Assembly: GCA_964566685.1 (NCBI GenBank)
Contig: CAZMKB010000006.1
Location: 1 to 32,769 of the forward strand
DNA length: 32,769 nt
Direction of reading: 5' to 3'
Source of the DNA: an uncultured Gemmatimonadota bacterium
GTDB taxonomy: Bacteria > Gemmatimonadota > CAZMKB01
Position numbers and translations under genes: made by a program. How positions within the stretch are numbered: the first letter of the stretch is position 1; each line of letters begins with the position of its first letter. The notes beneath the pieces were generated by a model, which had not been told where the DNA came from, did no database searches, and worked only from the letters and a program-made list of their open reading frames with translations. Below, piece by piece: positions 1 to 8,300 of the stretch.

Positions 1-618
1 GTCGTCATCGATTCCGTTGTCGGGTATTTCCCCCTCGTTTTTCCACATGTTGCCTTCGAGGTCTTCGTGGGTGAACTCGGTGCCGCTGTCGAGCACGCCG
101 ACGACGATCGAAGGATCCCCTTTCTCGAGCTCCCACCCCTCGGGCGCGTCGACGTCGGCATCGGGCACGCCCCCGGTCTGGCCGGTGTTGTGAAGTCCCC
201 ACTGCTCGTCGAAGTACGGGTCGTCGGGCATGAACTGCACGTACTCGCCGTAGGTCGTCGGCTCGACGAATTCGAACCGGCCGCTCCTCGTGAGGTTGAG
301 AGCTTCGGTGACGGGCTCTCTCCCGGTCCTGACATCGTAGATTCCCAGGCGGTTCACCCTGATGACCTCGAGACCGAGCTCATCGAGGATCCGCTCCTGG
401 CGATGTCCGTACCGGCCGTCCGGAAACCTGAGTGTGAGGATACCGGGAGTGACGGGAAAGAGCCTTTCCCCGTCGTCCTGAAACCAGATGCCGTTGATCT
501 GCACGTACGTCCTCTTTCCCACCTCGAGGTATCCGGCCGCTCCCGCGGCGCCGAGGGAGCCCGCCGCGAGAACCGAAACCGCGATAACCAGAGTGAGTGT
601 TCCGCCGATGCTCTTCAT
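1..618 (-). CDS. Subtilisin-like serine peptidase (S8 family), N-terminal 206 codons; the CDS runs off the left edge of the window
   Basis: Absent from the supplied ORF track because no stop lies in the window. My minus-strand translation from ATG 618-616 starts MKSIGGTLTLVIAVSVLAAGSLGAAG (signal peptide). It continues ...DDPYFDEQWGLHNTGQTGGVPDADVDAPEGWE...IVVGVLDSGTEFTHEDLEGNMWKNEGEIPDNGIDDD. The QWGL block, the VLDSGT catalytic-Asp block and NGIDDD are typical of S8 subtilases. GGGAG lies 5 nt upstream of the ATG. Confidence 0.8.
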   Translation of the reverse strand, partial: MKSIGGTLTLVIAVSVLAAGSLGAAGAAGYLEVGKRTYVQINGIWFQDDGERLFPVTPGILTLRFPDGRYGHRQERILDELGLEVIRVNRLGIYDVRTGREPVTEALNLTRSGRFEFVEPTTYGEYVQFMPDDPYFDEQWGLHNTGQTGGVPDADVDAPEGWELEKGDPSIVVGVLDSGTEFTHEDLEGNMWKNEGEIPDNGIDDD

Positions 619-640
619 ACTGTCTCCCTTTCATGAGCGA

Positions 641-669
641 TGCCTGCCTGAGTATAGCACAACACGGAG
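641..669 (-). promoter_or_regulatory. Sigma70-type promoter candidate for the S8 peptidase gene
   Basis: Minus strand reads TTGACT (669-664), a 17-nt spacer, then TATACT (646-641). This lies about 23 nt upstream of ATG 618, and the GGGAG Shine-Dalgarno falls in the short leader. Confidence 0.55.
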
Positions 670-782
670 TGGAAGTCAAAACGGTGAGGATTCTTTCCCG
701 GTGAATATCGTTCCTGTCGAAAGAGGAGCCGGTGATTCGAAGCCGGGCTCGTGCGAGGGGACATGGCGCCCCGCGACGGAAA

Positions 783-2141
783 TCACTCCGTCGAGATGTA
801 TCCGAGGGCTTCCAGCTTCTCGATCAGCTGCGAGTCGACCGGAGACGGGATGGGACGCGGCTCTTCCGTCCTCTCTTCCTTCTCGTAGGAGTCGATGTAC
901 TCGACACGCCGCTGTGATCTGAAATCAACGGTGAAGATGTCGAGCGGGACCGATCCTCTCATGTCGCGGGCCACGGGATGACCGGTCATGTAGAGGATGG
1001 CAGGTGTCACATCGAGAACGTGGAGGCCTGAGTGCCGGTAACCTCCACGTATACCGGCTCCGGCGGCGACGAAGACACCTCGCCGGCGGTGCTCGCCGGA
1101 GATGTGCAGGTGACTCCTGACATCCGAGCCCTGGAAGCCGTGATCCGAGACGACGAGCAGCCGGTCCCCGTCTTTCAGCCGGGAGGCGAATTCTCCGAGG
1201 AGCGAATCTGCGAAGATGTGATAGGAGCGGATGACCCCGCCGAGATGCTCCACGTCCGATTCCTTGGGCCCGGTCGAAGAGCCGCCGGGCTCCATGTATT
1301 TCCAGAAGAGATGCTGGACGATGTCGACACCCTCGATGTAAGGGCTGATGAAACCGACTTCCCGGGTGTCCATGAGATGGAGAGACGAGGAGGCATAGGT
1401 CATGTCGGCCGAAAGAGCTATCTTGAGCTCGTAGAGCTTCCTTCCTTCCTCGAGGCCGGGGACGAGCTCGCCGATACGGCAGATTCTCAGGACCTCTTCG
1501 GTTGTGATATCTTCCGGTCCTCTCCGGAACGGCGCGATCTCCTCGAGGAGCGTCCCGGGATACGTGTTGCCGTGGAGCTTCAATCCCGAGTGGATGTAGT
1601 TCGTTGTCAGGTCCCACCGGGAAATGCCGACGTGATCGGAGATCATGTAGCCGTTGACCGGACGGGCGGGCCACGTCGCCCACCACCCCGCCACGACGAC
1701 CTGCGTTCCCCATTCACCCAGAATCTGCCAGACCGGTGTGGCGGCCAGGTAGTTGCTCGTAATCGGGAACGTCACACCGCCGTCGTGCACCACGAAGTCG
1801 GTGATGCCGTGCTCCCGGGGAAGCTTGCTCGTGGCGATGGACGTCCAGATGGCCGGCGAAGTTCCCCACCTCTTTTCTTCGGGGAGGAACACCCACTCGT
1901 CGTCGAGTGAGAGAAGATCGGCGGAAGTGCCTCTTTCGATCAGCGCCGACAGGTGAGGGAGAACCCCCTCGTCGATGAGCGGCTCGATGACATCCCAGTC
2001 GGCACCGTCGAGGGCGAAGAGCACGACACGGCCCTGATTCCCGCCTTCATACCGGCCCGGGCGGTCGCCTTCGCATCCGGTGAGAGACACCAGGAGGATG
2101 AGCAGCGACAGCAAACGATTCATTTTCACATCCGTGAACAT
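783..2141 (-). CDS. Alkaline-phosphatase superfamily enzyme, type I phosphodiesterase/nucleotide pyrophosphatase-like lipoprotein
   Basis: ORF 783..2312, trimmed to ATG 2141 (MFTDVKMNRLLSLLILLVSLTGCEG, lipobox LTGC; ATG 2123 is also possible). Motifs seen: VVLFALDGADWD (metal-binding Asp), SPAIWTSIATS (nucleophile region), LLVVSDHGF and SGEHRRRGVF (distal metal ligands). The 57-aa upstream extension in the ORF track overlaps the preceding gene and is not protein-like. Confidence 0.75.
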   Translation of the reverse strand: MFTDVKMNRLLSLLILLVSLTGCEGDRPGRYEGGNQGRVVLFALDGADWDVIEPLIDEGVLPHLSALIERGTSADLLSLDDEWVFLPEEKRWGTSPAIWTSIATSKLPREHGITDFVVHDGGVTFPITSNYLAATPVWQILGEWGTQVVVAGWWATWPARPVNGYMISDHVGISRWDLTTNYIHSGLKLHGNTYPGTLLEEIAPFRRGPEDITTEEVLRICRIGELVPGLEEGRKLYELKIALSADMTYASSSLHLMDTREVGFISPYIEGVDIVQHLFWKYMEPGGSSTGPKESDVEHLGGVIRSYHIFADSLLGEFASRLKDGDRLLVVSDHGFQGSDVRSHLHISGEHRRRGVFVAAGAGIRGGYRHSGLHVLDVTPAILYMTGHPVARDMRGSVPLDIFTVDFRSQRRVEYIDSYEKEERTEEPRPIPSPVDSQLIEKLEALGYISTE

Positions 2142-2143
2142 AC

Positions 2144-2172
2144 GGGCTCCCCATCCGATCCACGGGGAGCCC
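2144..2172 (-). promoter_or_regulatory. GC-rich 9-bp hairpin whose 3' arm contains the Shine-Dalgarno of the AlkP/NPP gene
   Basis: Minus strand reads GGGCTCCCC-gtggatcggat-GGGGAGCCC-gt-ATG(2141). The arms are perfectly complementary (2172-2164 with 2152-2144). GGGGAG sits 5 nt before the ATG. No U-run follows the hairpin. Confidence 0.45.
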
Positions 2173-2250
2173 GTCGAGTCGAGAGCGGATCGGCTTCCGG
2201 CGAACCGCTTCACGGCCCGGTACGGGCGGGAAACGATCAGCCGGATCCGA

Positions 2251-2844
2251 TCAGGGGTAGAGGTAGCAGAGGCCGTCGATGTCGTCGAAATGGAGCGTTC
2301 TCTTGCTGTCATCGCCGTAGTTCATGTACGCGTACATGGTTGCGGCTGTGTAGGACGAGTGCCCCAGGCCGAGAACGTGACCCAGCTCGTGGCAGACGAC
2401 GCTCTGGATGTCGATTTCACTCCAGCCGGTCGGACCGGGCCCGCAGTTCCAGTCCCAGCCGGTGCACATTATCATGTCGCACTCGCGGTTGGGGCCGTTC
2501 GTGACGAGGTAGGTCACGCCGAGAACGCCCGGGTCGCAGGTATCCCACTTGACGACCTGCAGATCGTCGTTGCTCGGTACGGTCCTGTTCCTGATGCCGC
2601 CGTAGGCGAACCGGAAGTCCGAGCAGGAGACGACATTCCAGGCCCTCGCGCCCTGGACGAAGGCATAGTAGTCACCACACTCATCATTGAGGTTCCCGTG
2701 CGCATACATCACCGCGGGCAGGTACTGGTCGCCGAAGGGCGCCCACCATGTCGTGAAGGCGGAGAGCCCCGTTCCGGACGCGAGGAGAAACCCCGCCGCG
2801 AGAACGGCAATCATCATTTTCTGCGTTTTCGATTTCATCATCAA
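2251..2844 (-). CDS. Secreted minimal matrixin-like zinc metalloprotease (M10-like, metzincin)
   Basis: 197 aa. N-terminal signal peptide MMMKSKTQKMMIAVLAAGFLLASGTGLSA. Zinc site VVCHELGHVLGLGHSS matches HExxHxxGxxH(S), followed by a Met-turn-like TMYAYM. Eight Cys residues. GGAG lies upstream of the ATG cluster. Confidence 0.8.
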   Translation of the reverse strand: MMMKSKTQKMMIAVLAAGFLLASGTGLSAFTTWWAPFGDQYLPAVMYAHGNLNDECGDYYAFVQGARAWNVVSCSDFRFAYGGIRNRTVPSNDDLQVVKWDTCDPGVLGVTYLVTNGPNRECDMIMCTGWDWNCGPGPTGWSEIDIQSVVCHELGHVLGLGHSSYTAATMYAYMNYGDDSKRTLHFDDIDGLCYLYP

Positions 2845-2904
2845 GCTCCTTCGTGGAAACTCTTTCTCTCGGTTCAGTCGGAGATTCTACCGGATCGTAC
2901 CCGG

Positions 2905-3399
2905 TCACCGTTCGTTCAGGATGTAGCGATGGATCTCCGCGATGAACTTCTCGACCGTTTTTCCGTTTTCGACGACGACGCCGTCCGAGACGGTGAACAT
3001 TCCCTGTCTCCAGCCGAGAACATTGCTCTCGTACGACGGATCATCGAGCAGGAAGAGTATCAGGTCGTTTCCGACCCGGAACTCGGCCGTCTCGTGGACC
3101 ACCATCGCCGCGTCGCCGATCCTGCCGCCCGGCCGCTTGATGATGTACTCGCCGCCATCCACATACCCTTTGTAGACCTCATCGACCGAAACGGTCCCGT
3201 AGGTGTAGATGTAGCGGTTCTCAGGGCCCCACTCGGTCCAGGTCGAGGTCACCTCTCCCCTGAGGATGATGTCGGCGTCGATCGCGAGATCCCGGTCGGT
3301 GAACTCGATCAGCGTCGTGGCATGGAGAAGACGCGGGACCGCGATGGACAGAGACAGTACAACGATGAACATGGCCGTGAGGATCCTCCGGAATGACAT
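2905..3399 (-). CDS. Small secreted protein of unknown function (164 aa)
   Basis: Lower part of ORF 2905..3627. ATG 3399 is preceded by GGAGG (about 3405-3412) and begins a signal peptide, MSFRRILTAMFIVVLSLSIAVPRLLHA. A strong promoter candidate (3511-3539) lies inside the ORF-track extension, so the extension is unlikely to be coding. I recognise no family motif. Confidence 0.6.
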   Translation of the reverse strand: MSFRRILTAMFIVVLSLSIAVPRLLHATTLIEFTDRDLAIDADIILRGEVTSTWTEWGPENRYIYTYGTVSVDEVYKGYVDGGEYIIKRPGGRIGDAAMVVHETAEFRVGNDLILFLLDDPSYESNVLGWRQGMFTVSDGVVVENGKTVEKFIAEIHRYILNER

Positions 3400-3510
3400 G
3401 TACAGCCTCCTTGATACATGGTTGTGAGGATCACGTTCTGAGTGTCGTGCCCGCTTCTTCACTGAGAAAGCAACACACAGTTCACTCGCTTCTGCTCCTG
3501 GTTCACTGTA

Positions 3511-3539
3511 ATTGTACGACATTTCCGGGATTATGTCAA
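3511..3539 (-). promoter_or_regulatory. Sigma70-type promoter candidate for the secreted-protein/matrixin/NPP gene string
   Basis: Minus strand reads TTGACA (3539-3534), a 17-nt spacer, then TACAAT (3516-3511). Confidence 0.55.
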
Positions 3540-3555
3540 CTCGACGGGCCGGTCG

Positions 3556-3584
3556 TTGACTTTCCACCGGCTGTCCGGTAAATT
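3556..3584 (+). promoter_or_regulatory. Sigma70-type promoter candidate for the GT-C/TPR gene (divergent from 3511-3539)
   Basis: TTGACT (3556-3561), a 17-nt spacer, then TAAATT (3579-3584). Confidence 0.4.
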
Positions 3585-3609
3585 TCCCGGAGGCAGTCGC
3601 ATGCAACCT

Positions 3610-3651
3610 CCAGCTCGAGTTCTTCATACGATTTCGAGCGGGATTCGGGTC
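3610..3651. repeat. Intergenic repeat family, copy D
   Basis: Plus strand reads ccagctcgagTTCTTCATACGATTTCGAGCGGGATTCGGGtc. Its reverse complement aligns with copy B (28901-28941) at about 35 of 42 hand-aligned positions, including an identical 17-mer GCTCGAAATCGTATGAA. It lies in the presumed 5' leader of the GT-C gene. Confidence 0.7.
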
Positions 3652-3689
3652 AGGGCATTCTCACACAACCCATTCAGAGCACTCAGGCC

Positions 3690-5369
3690 GTGGACCGACC
3701 ATTTCTCCAGCACAGAGCCGCACCCTACTTCATCCTGTTCCTCCTCTCCCTCGCCATCCGCCTCGTCTACCTGTGGGAGATCAGCGGTTCACCGTTCTTC
3801 GATCACGCCGTCGTCGACGAGTACATCTACGATCACATGGCGAAGGCCATAGTCCGGGGTCTCCCCGAACAGAACGGCGTTTTCCGGCCGCCGCTCTATC
3901 CCATGTTCCTCGCCCTCTGGTACGCCATCATCGGCCCCGACGTCGGCATGATGCGGGTCATCCAGATGTTCATCGGTGCCGCGACGACTGTGATGCTCTA
4001 CCACTTCACGAAATCGGCGGTCGACCGGCGGACAGCGCTCGTCGCCGGGCTCCTTCACGCACTGTACTGGCCGGCCGTGCTCTTCCAGGCCGAGCTCCTC
4101 GCCATCTCGATCTTCAGCATCATTCTGCTCTTCACCGTCCACTTCTTCCACCGTGGGACGACGACGGGAGGCTCCCGGTTTTTCCTTGTTTCGGGCCTCT
4201 TTCTCGGCTGCGCGGCGCTCGTGCGGGGGACCGCTCTCCTCGTTCTGCCCGCCCTCCTGATCCATGGAACGGGCATGACGGGAGGCAGGCGGGCGTTCCG
4301 GTCGCTCGCCGTGTTCTGCGTGGCTGCGGGAGTCGTCATATCCCTCTCCGGACTGCGCAATTACGCCCGCACCGGCCACTTCATCCTGCTCTCGTCGAAC
4401 GGAGCGGTCAATTTCTACACGGGAAACGGACCCGAAGCCGACGGTCTGACCCCGGTGCCGCCGGGTGTGGAGTGGAACCGCATGATCAGGGAGCCGATCC
4501 GCCTGGGTCTCACGAGCCCCTCAGCCCAATCCCGGTACTGGCTCGAGAAGACGCTCGGGCACATCACAGGCGATCCCGCGCGCTTCATCGTCCTCTATCT
4601 GAAGAAATGCTACGCCTTCTGGAATGCCTTCGAAGTCTCCAACAACAAAGACATCTATTACATGCGGAACCTGTCGAAACTTCTCTCCCTGCCGCTCCCC
4701 GGATTCGGCCTCGTGGGAGCCCTGGCACTCCTCTCTCTTTTCGTTTGGAGGCGTCTCGGCCGGGAGACGAGACTCGCCTGGATGATCGTCGTCTTTTACA
4801 TGCTCGGCACCGCCCTCTTCTTCGCCGCGGCCCGGTACCGCATGGCGGTCATTCCGTTCTTCATCATCCTCGCGGCATGGAGCGTCACGGACCTCTTCGA
4901 CGACCTGTCACGAAAAAGACCCGGGAGCCTCGCGGGAAAATCGGCTCTTCTCATTCTCTGCCTGCTGTTCGTCAACCTCGACCCGCTCGACATCCGCGCC
5001 TCCGTCAGGACGAGGCCGACTTTTCAGATCGGTCAGATCCTTCTCACGGAGGGGAGAATCGAGGAGGCGCTCGCGCACATGGAGGAGGCGCTCGAGAGAG
5101 ATCCGGACGATCCCGACATCCTGAACAACCTGGGCGTGGCGTACAGGCGGCGGGGAGAGCCGGAAAGAGCCCTCGATTTCTATGAGCGGGCGCTTCGAGA
5201 GGGGGAGTTTTCCGGCGTCAGGTGGAACCTGGGGCTTCTCTACTTCGACCTGGAGCATTACGAAGAGGCGGAGCGCCAGTGGGAGAAGGCTCTCGAAGGC
5301 GATCCGCTCAATCCCGCCATCCGGTCGAATCTTGCGAAGGTTAAACGCCTACTGGCCGGAGATCGGTGA
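3690..5369 (+). CDS. GT-C fold glycosyltransferase (family 39 / ArnT-PMT-like) with C-terminal TPR repeats
   Basis: 559 aa with many predicted TM helices. An acidic first-loop motif VVDEYIYDHMA is present. The C-terminal roughly 130 aa are TPR-like (NNLGVAYRRRGEPERALDFYERAL, WNLGLLYFDLEHYEEAERQWEKAL). GTG start with no clear Shine-Dalgarno. Confidence 0.75.
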   Translation: MDRPFLQHRAAPYFILFLLSLAIRLVYLWEISGSPFFDHAVVDEYIYDHMAKAIVRGLPEQNGVFRPPLYPMFLALWYAIIGPDVGMMRVIQMFIGAATTVMLYHFTKSAVDRRTALVAGLLHALYWPAVLFQAELLAISIFSIILLFTVHFFHRGTTTGGSRFFLVSGLFLGCAALVRGTALLVLPALLIHGTGMTGGRRAFRSLAVFCVAAGVVISLSGLRNYARTGHFILLSSNGAVNFYTGNGPEADGLTPVPPGVEWNRMIREPIRLGLTSPSAQSRYWLEKTLGHITGDPARFIVLYLKKCYAFWNAFEVSNNKDIYYMRNLSKLLSLPLPGFGLVGALALLSLFVWRRLGRETRLAWMIVVFYMLGTALFFAAARYRMAVIPFFIILAAWSVTDLFDDLSRKRPGSLAGKSALLILCLLFVNLDPLDIRASVRTRPTFQIGQILLTEGRIEEALAHMEEALERDPDDPDILNNLGVAYRRRGEPERALDFYERALREGEFSGVRWNLGLLYFDLEHYEEAERQWEKALEGDPLNPAIRSNLAKVKRLLAGDR

Positions 5370-8300
5370 GGAGAAGGACCCGGCGAGCTCTCTGACGCGA
5401 ACGACGTCCCTCGATCGCCGGAAGCACTCCCTCATCTTCCTGTCTTTGAACTTCCGCGAGATCGATCCCGCGATCCTCAGGGCCTTGTCGATTTCCCTCT
5501 TTCCGGCCGCGAGCCGGCCGATCTCCCTCAGGAGCCGCGCGTTCTGGTAGTGGTAGAGCAACTCGAGGTACGGGTCGAGCTCGCCTGCATCGAGCCGAAC
5601 CGTACCGAGCCGATCGAGAGCCTCGCGGGCGCGTCCCTCGGCCTGCATGAGGATGAGCGTCGCGATCATGAACTTCACGGTGTACTCCCTGCTCTTCCTG
5701 TTCGAAGCGAGAGCCTCGAACTCGGTCAGATACTGTCTCGCGGTGTCCAGGCTGCCCTCTTCCGTATTGATTCTGATGAGCCAGAAGAGGTCGTTCATCT
5801 CGTATTCCTTCTTGCCGGTGTTTCTCGAGAGCACGAGGGCCCGTTCGAGATCCCTCCTCGCCTTCCTCGGGTCACCCAGGAAATAACCGGCCATCCCCCT
5901 GTTCCTGATGAAATCCGACTTGCTCCCCTGATCCTTGACCTGCTTGATGTGATCGATCGCCTTCCGGCTCCATTCGTAGGCTTTCGAATAGTCGCCGATC
6001 CGCTGGAATATTTCGCTGATGTTGTTGTAGCTGTATGCCTCGATGATCCTGTTGCCGGTCTCTTTCGCGTTCTCGAGAGCTCTTTCCGCCAGAGAGAGCG
6101 CATTCTCGTACTGCCCGCGCTGCAGTGCGATGATTGCGAGGTTGTTCCTGCACAGCGGCTGATAGGTCTTGTTCCCTGCTTCCTCGAGGATCCGGAGGGT
6201 CTTCCGGTAGTAGGCTTCCGCCCGGTCGCGCTCTTCCTTGTACCAGTAGATGACCCCCATGTTCATGAAGATCTTCGAAAGTCGCAGCTGATCGGGCTGT
6301 CTCCGGTCCATTTCCAGCGCGCGGTCGTAGAACTTGAGAGCCCGGTCGTATTCACCGCTGAAGAGATAGATGTTTCCGAAAGCGGCCAGGCTTTCCGCCT
6401 TGAGGCCGTCATCACCGGTTCCGATCGCATGGCGGAGGGTCCGCATCGAGTAGTCGTACGCGGCTTCGAACTCCCGTTTGAAGATCGATATGCTCGCGAG
6501 ATTCTTCAGTGCCATCCCGAGCTTCCGTTCGTCTCCGAGGGCGGTGCTGAGCTCGAGAACGCTTTCGATGTCGCGCTGGGCCCGCCTGTAGTCCCCGATT
6601 TGCTGGTGCACCAGCCCGCGTTCTTCGTGGAGGATCAGAAGATGCTCATCACCGAACCATTTTCCTCCGGAACGGTAGAGCTTCAGCGCCTTCCCGTAAA
6701 AAACGACGGCTTCGTCGTAGGCGAAGAGATCCCTCGCCTTCCGGGCAGCTCTGACGGCGTACTCGAAGGCCTTCCCGTGATCGCCGCCTGCCTCGAAGTG
6801 GTGTGCGAGCTCCTCGGAGCGCTCTTCCACTCCATGAGGGTCGTACTGCTCGATCGCCGCCGCGGCCCGCCTGTGCAGCTCGACCTTCGTGGTCTCCGGT
6901 ATGCCGGCATAGAGCGCGTGAGCGATGAAATTCTGCACGAATACGTAACGATCACCGTTGAACTCCCTGACCTCCTGGATGATGTTCCCCTGAATGCCCT
7001 CATCGATGATGTCGAGCAGGAATCCCTCGTTCGTCTGCAGGATCGTGAGCAGCACGTCGAACTCGAACTCGTTCCCCAGCACCGAGGCGGCCTGAAACGC
7101 CTTTCTCGCCTCCGGACTCATCTTTTCGATCCGTCGATTGGTGGCTTCCTGTATCGTGGGCGGCAGATCGCTGATGAGCCCCGGCTGTTTCTGCGACTTC
7201 TTCAGGTAATCCACCATCCCCCGGATGAAGAAGGGATTGCCTTCCGTCAGCCGGGAGAGCTCCTCCATCACGCGCTCTTCCGTCTCCTCTCCTTTCAGGA
7301 GGGTCCGGATCATCGCCAGCGACTCCTGCTTCGAAAGGCTCCGCAGAGCGATTTTCCGGTACCGTCCTTCCCGCTCCATCGCCTGGAGCTCCCGTTGCGC
7401 GAGGGCATTCTGGCTCCTTTCGGGAGAATCGGCGGCCGGCCGGCAGGTGCAGACGATCATGATCCGGCCCGACTCCATGGTCCGCGAGAGGAAGTGCAGG
7501 AGCGACAGGGAAGTGACATCAGCCCAGTGTATATCTTCGATAATCATCACGACGCCAACCGCTTCGGCCAGTTTCATGAGAAACTGCCTGAAGGCCTCGA
7601 ATACCAGGAATCGATCCCGTCCCCCGGTTCCGCGCCTGGTTTTCGGCAGTGAGCTCGCCCGTACCCACCGTGGTGCCAGCCGTGCAAGTTCGACGAGAGA
7701 AGCATCAGGCAGGTCGACCGCGTCGATGATCCTGGATTCCTGTTCGTTCGCCAGGCTGTGTGTGAGCAGATCCTTGAACGGAGCGAGCGGTACTTCGGCG
7801 GTCTCCTCGTTGCATTTCCCCCTGAGCGTAAGCATCTTTCTGTGTGCGACCTCGCGGGCTACCTGCTCCATCAGGAAGGTCTTCCCCAGACCGAGCTCAC
7901 CCCGGACGAGAAAGAACCCGGGGTCTCCCGCCTCCGCGCGCCCGACTCCCTTCAGAAGAAGATCGAGCTCCCACTTCTTCCCGAAGACCATCGGGACTCT
8001 GTCGCGGGACTTCGACTTTCTGTTTCCGCCGTCCGTGTGCCTGACGCGAACGGGCTTCCCCCTCGTCTTCGAGAGATACAGTGCCTGGTCGGCGAACTCG
8101 AGGAGACTGACGAGATCGACTGCATCCTCCGGAAACACGGCGAATCCCAGGCTGACCGACACGTCCTCCAGCCGGGCTTCGCATTTTTCCTCCCAGGAGT
8201 AGGTGCGGACGTTGCGCACGATGCGCCGTGCGATACTGAAGGCCTCTTTTTCCATCGCCTCCGGCAGGATGACGACGAACTCGTCCCCCGCCCACCTGCA

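Noticed and set aside
67-636. 189-aa plus-strand ORF at the left edge (also 488..922 and 380..679)
   Set aside because: The opposite strand encodes a convincing S8 subtilase N-terminus with signal peptide, Shine-Dalgarno and promoter. The listed ORFs have no motifs.
611-640. Possible fifth and sixth copies of the intergenic repeat overlapping the S8 start (611-640) and the dnaX start (31468-31495)
   Set aside because: The similarity needs several indels and is dominated by ATGAAGA(A/G), i.e. Met-Lys-Asn/Ser codons. That is too weak to count as copies without a statistical model, so I mention them only as look-alikes.
783-2141. AlkP-superfamily gene as a PglZ (BREX/defence) homologue
   Set aside because: It is too short, carries a lipoprotein signal, shows NPP-type motifs, and has no BREX, PglX or BrxC-like neighbours.
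3400-3627. N-terminal extensions given by the ORF track (2905..3627, and likewise 783..2312, 18785..20425, 9328..9405, 23730..23795, 11629..11694)
   Set aside because: In each case an internal start has a GGAGG-type Shine-Dalgarno and begins a signal peptide or a canonical family N-terminus. The extension covers a promoter candidate or overlaps the neighbouring gene.
5550-7652. 700-aa ORF on the plus strand
   Set aside because: It is antisense to the GGDEF-NTPase-TPR gene. It has Arg/Pro/Leu-rich low-complexity composition with no motifs, typical of spurious antisense ORFs in high-GC DNA.
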